From positions 2,790,001 through 2,854,000 of the forward strand of contig NEEC01000014.1 of the NCBI GenBank assembly GCA_002189035.1: a DNA stretch of 64,000 nucleotides. The letters run 5' to 3'. Source of the DNA: Utricularia gibba. Taxonomy: Eukaryota; Plantae; Magnoliophyta. The position numbers were made by a program, and so were the translations under genes. The notes under the pieces were generated by a model that saw only the letters and a list, made by a program, of their open reading frames with translations, did not search any database and had not been told where the DNA came from. Below are positions 63,225 to 64,000 of this stretch, in pieces; within the stretch, counting starts at the first letter, position 1, and every line of letters begins with the position of its first letter.

Positions 63225-63743
63225 TGTTGTGGGCGAAAATCGGTGTGCCGGTTTGGGCCGATTTTCGTGTTGTTGGTGATGTCGTTTTCCTTGTTTACCG
63301 TTTGTTGGTTTGATCGGATGCTATGGAGATAGATGAGGATTTTTTATGTGGAAACCACCGCAAGGCAGAAAAACCACAGAGCTATCGGAGCTCGCTGGAG
63401 AAAAATGTTTACTAGGTGAAGGTGATCAAGAAGAAGTACAGATTGGGAGCCTTTTTTTTTCTCTTTTTGCTATGATTCCCACTATTTATACGGAGGGGGC
63501 CGACCCGACTGAATCATGGACTTCGCAGATGTCGGCTGCCTTTCTGCACTTGTGTTATGATCCTGCTTTTCAGACAATCATCGCTTATCCTGTCATAACT
63601 CGGTTATTCTTCAAACTGGTCCATGCTGTTCTTGTCAGAACCCTTGACAGGGATCGATCTACTGTCAGGCATTATCTCATAGGAAATCTCGCCTGGCAGC
63701 CTTTTTGATAAACCGATTTCCCAAACCGGTTTATATCCCATCA
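63225..63743. mobile_element. Short solo LTR (519 bp) with TSD GATAC, family not otherwise seen in the window
   Basis: TGTTGTGGG...CCCATCA termini; GATAC at 63220-63224 and 63744-63748. Confidence 0.85.
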
Positions 63744-64000
63744 GATACCTTTTATATTCTTGTTTTTGTAGCTTTGATAAGTATAAATTGCAATTTTTTA
63801 TATATTTTATTATCTCACTTTTGATTCCAATGTAGAATTATTTGTTTTAATACTCGCTCTTAATTCGAACTATTCTTCGATCCAATTAAGATTTTTTTTT
63901 TCTGATTATTCAGGGTATATATTGATTTAATTTTTGTCGTACAAGTCAAATGCATCTTCTTATTTTTTTTTTTGTTAATCATACCTTAGACCAATACAAA

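Overview
Plant (eudicot-type) nuclear DNA, roughly three-quarters degenerate transposable elements. It holds three intact spliced genes: a DHHC protein S-acyltransferase (PAT15/16-like, +, 14376-16542), an alpha-expansin (EXPA4-like, +, 17008-18055) and an RLCK-VII kinase (PBL9/10/11, NAK/APK1-like, -, 44468-46491). The rest is nested Ty3/gypsy (Athila, Tekay/chromovirus) and Ty1/copia remnants, a PIF/Harbinger element (transposase plus Myb/SANT pseudogenes) and six solo LTRs with readable 5-bp target-site duplications. No TE is intact. I found no convincing novel protein-coding system. The most interesting unexplained signal is a palindrome at a fixed 125-133 bp offset from the LTR 5' end in three Athila-type LTR families, with apparent compensatory changes. 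Other oddities are an LTR-U5+PBS cassette inside a protease gene, locally templated junction duplications, and a candidate NMD-triggering 3'UTR intron in the PAT gene. All calls come from manual reading and translation; no database searches were run. The LTR family labels A-E are my own.
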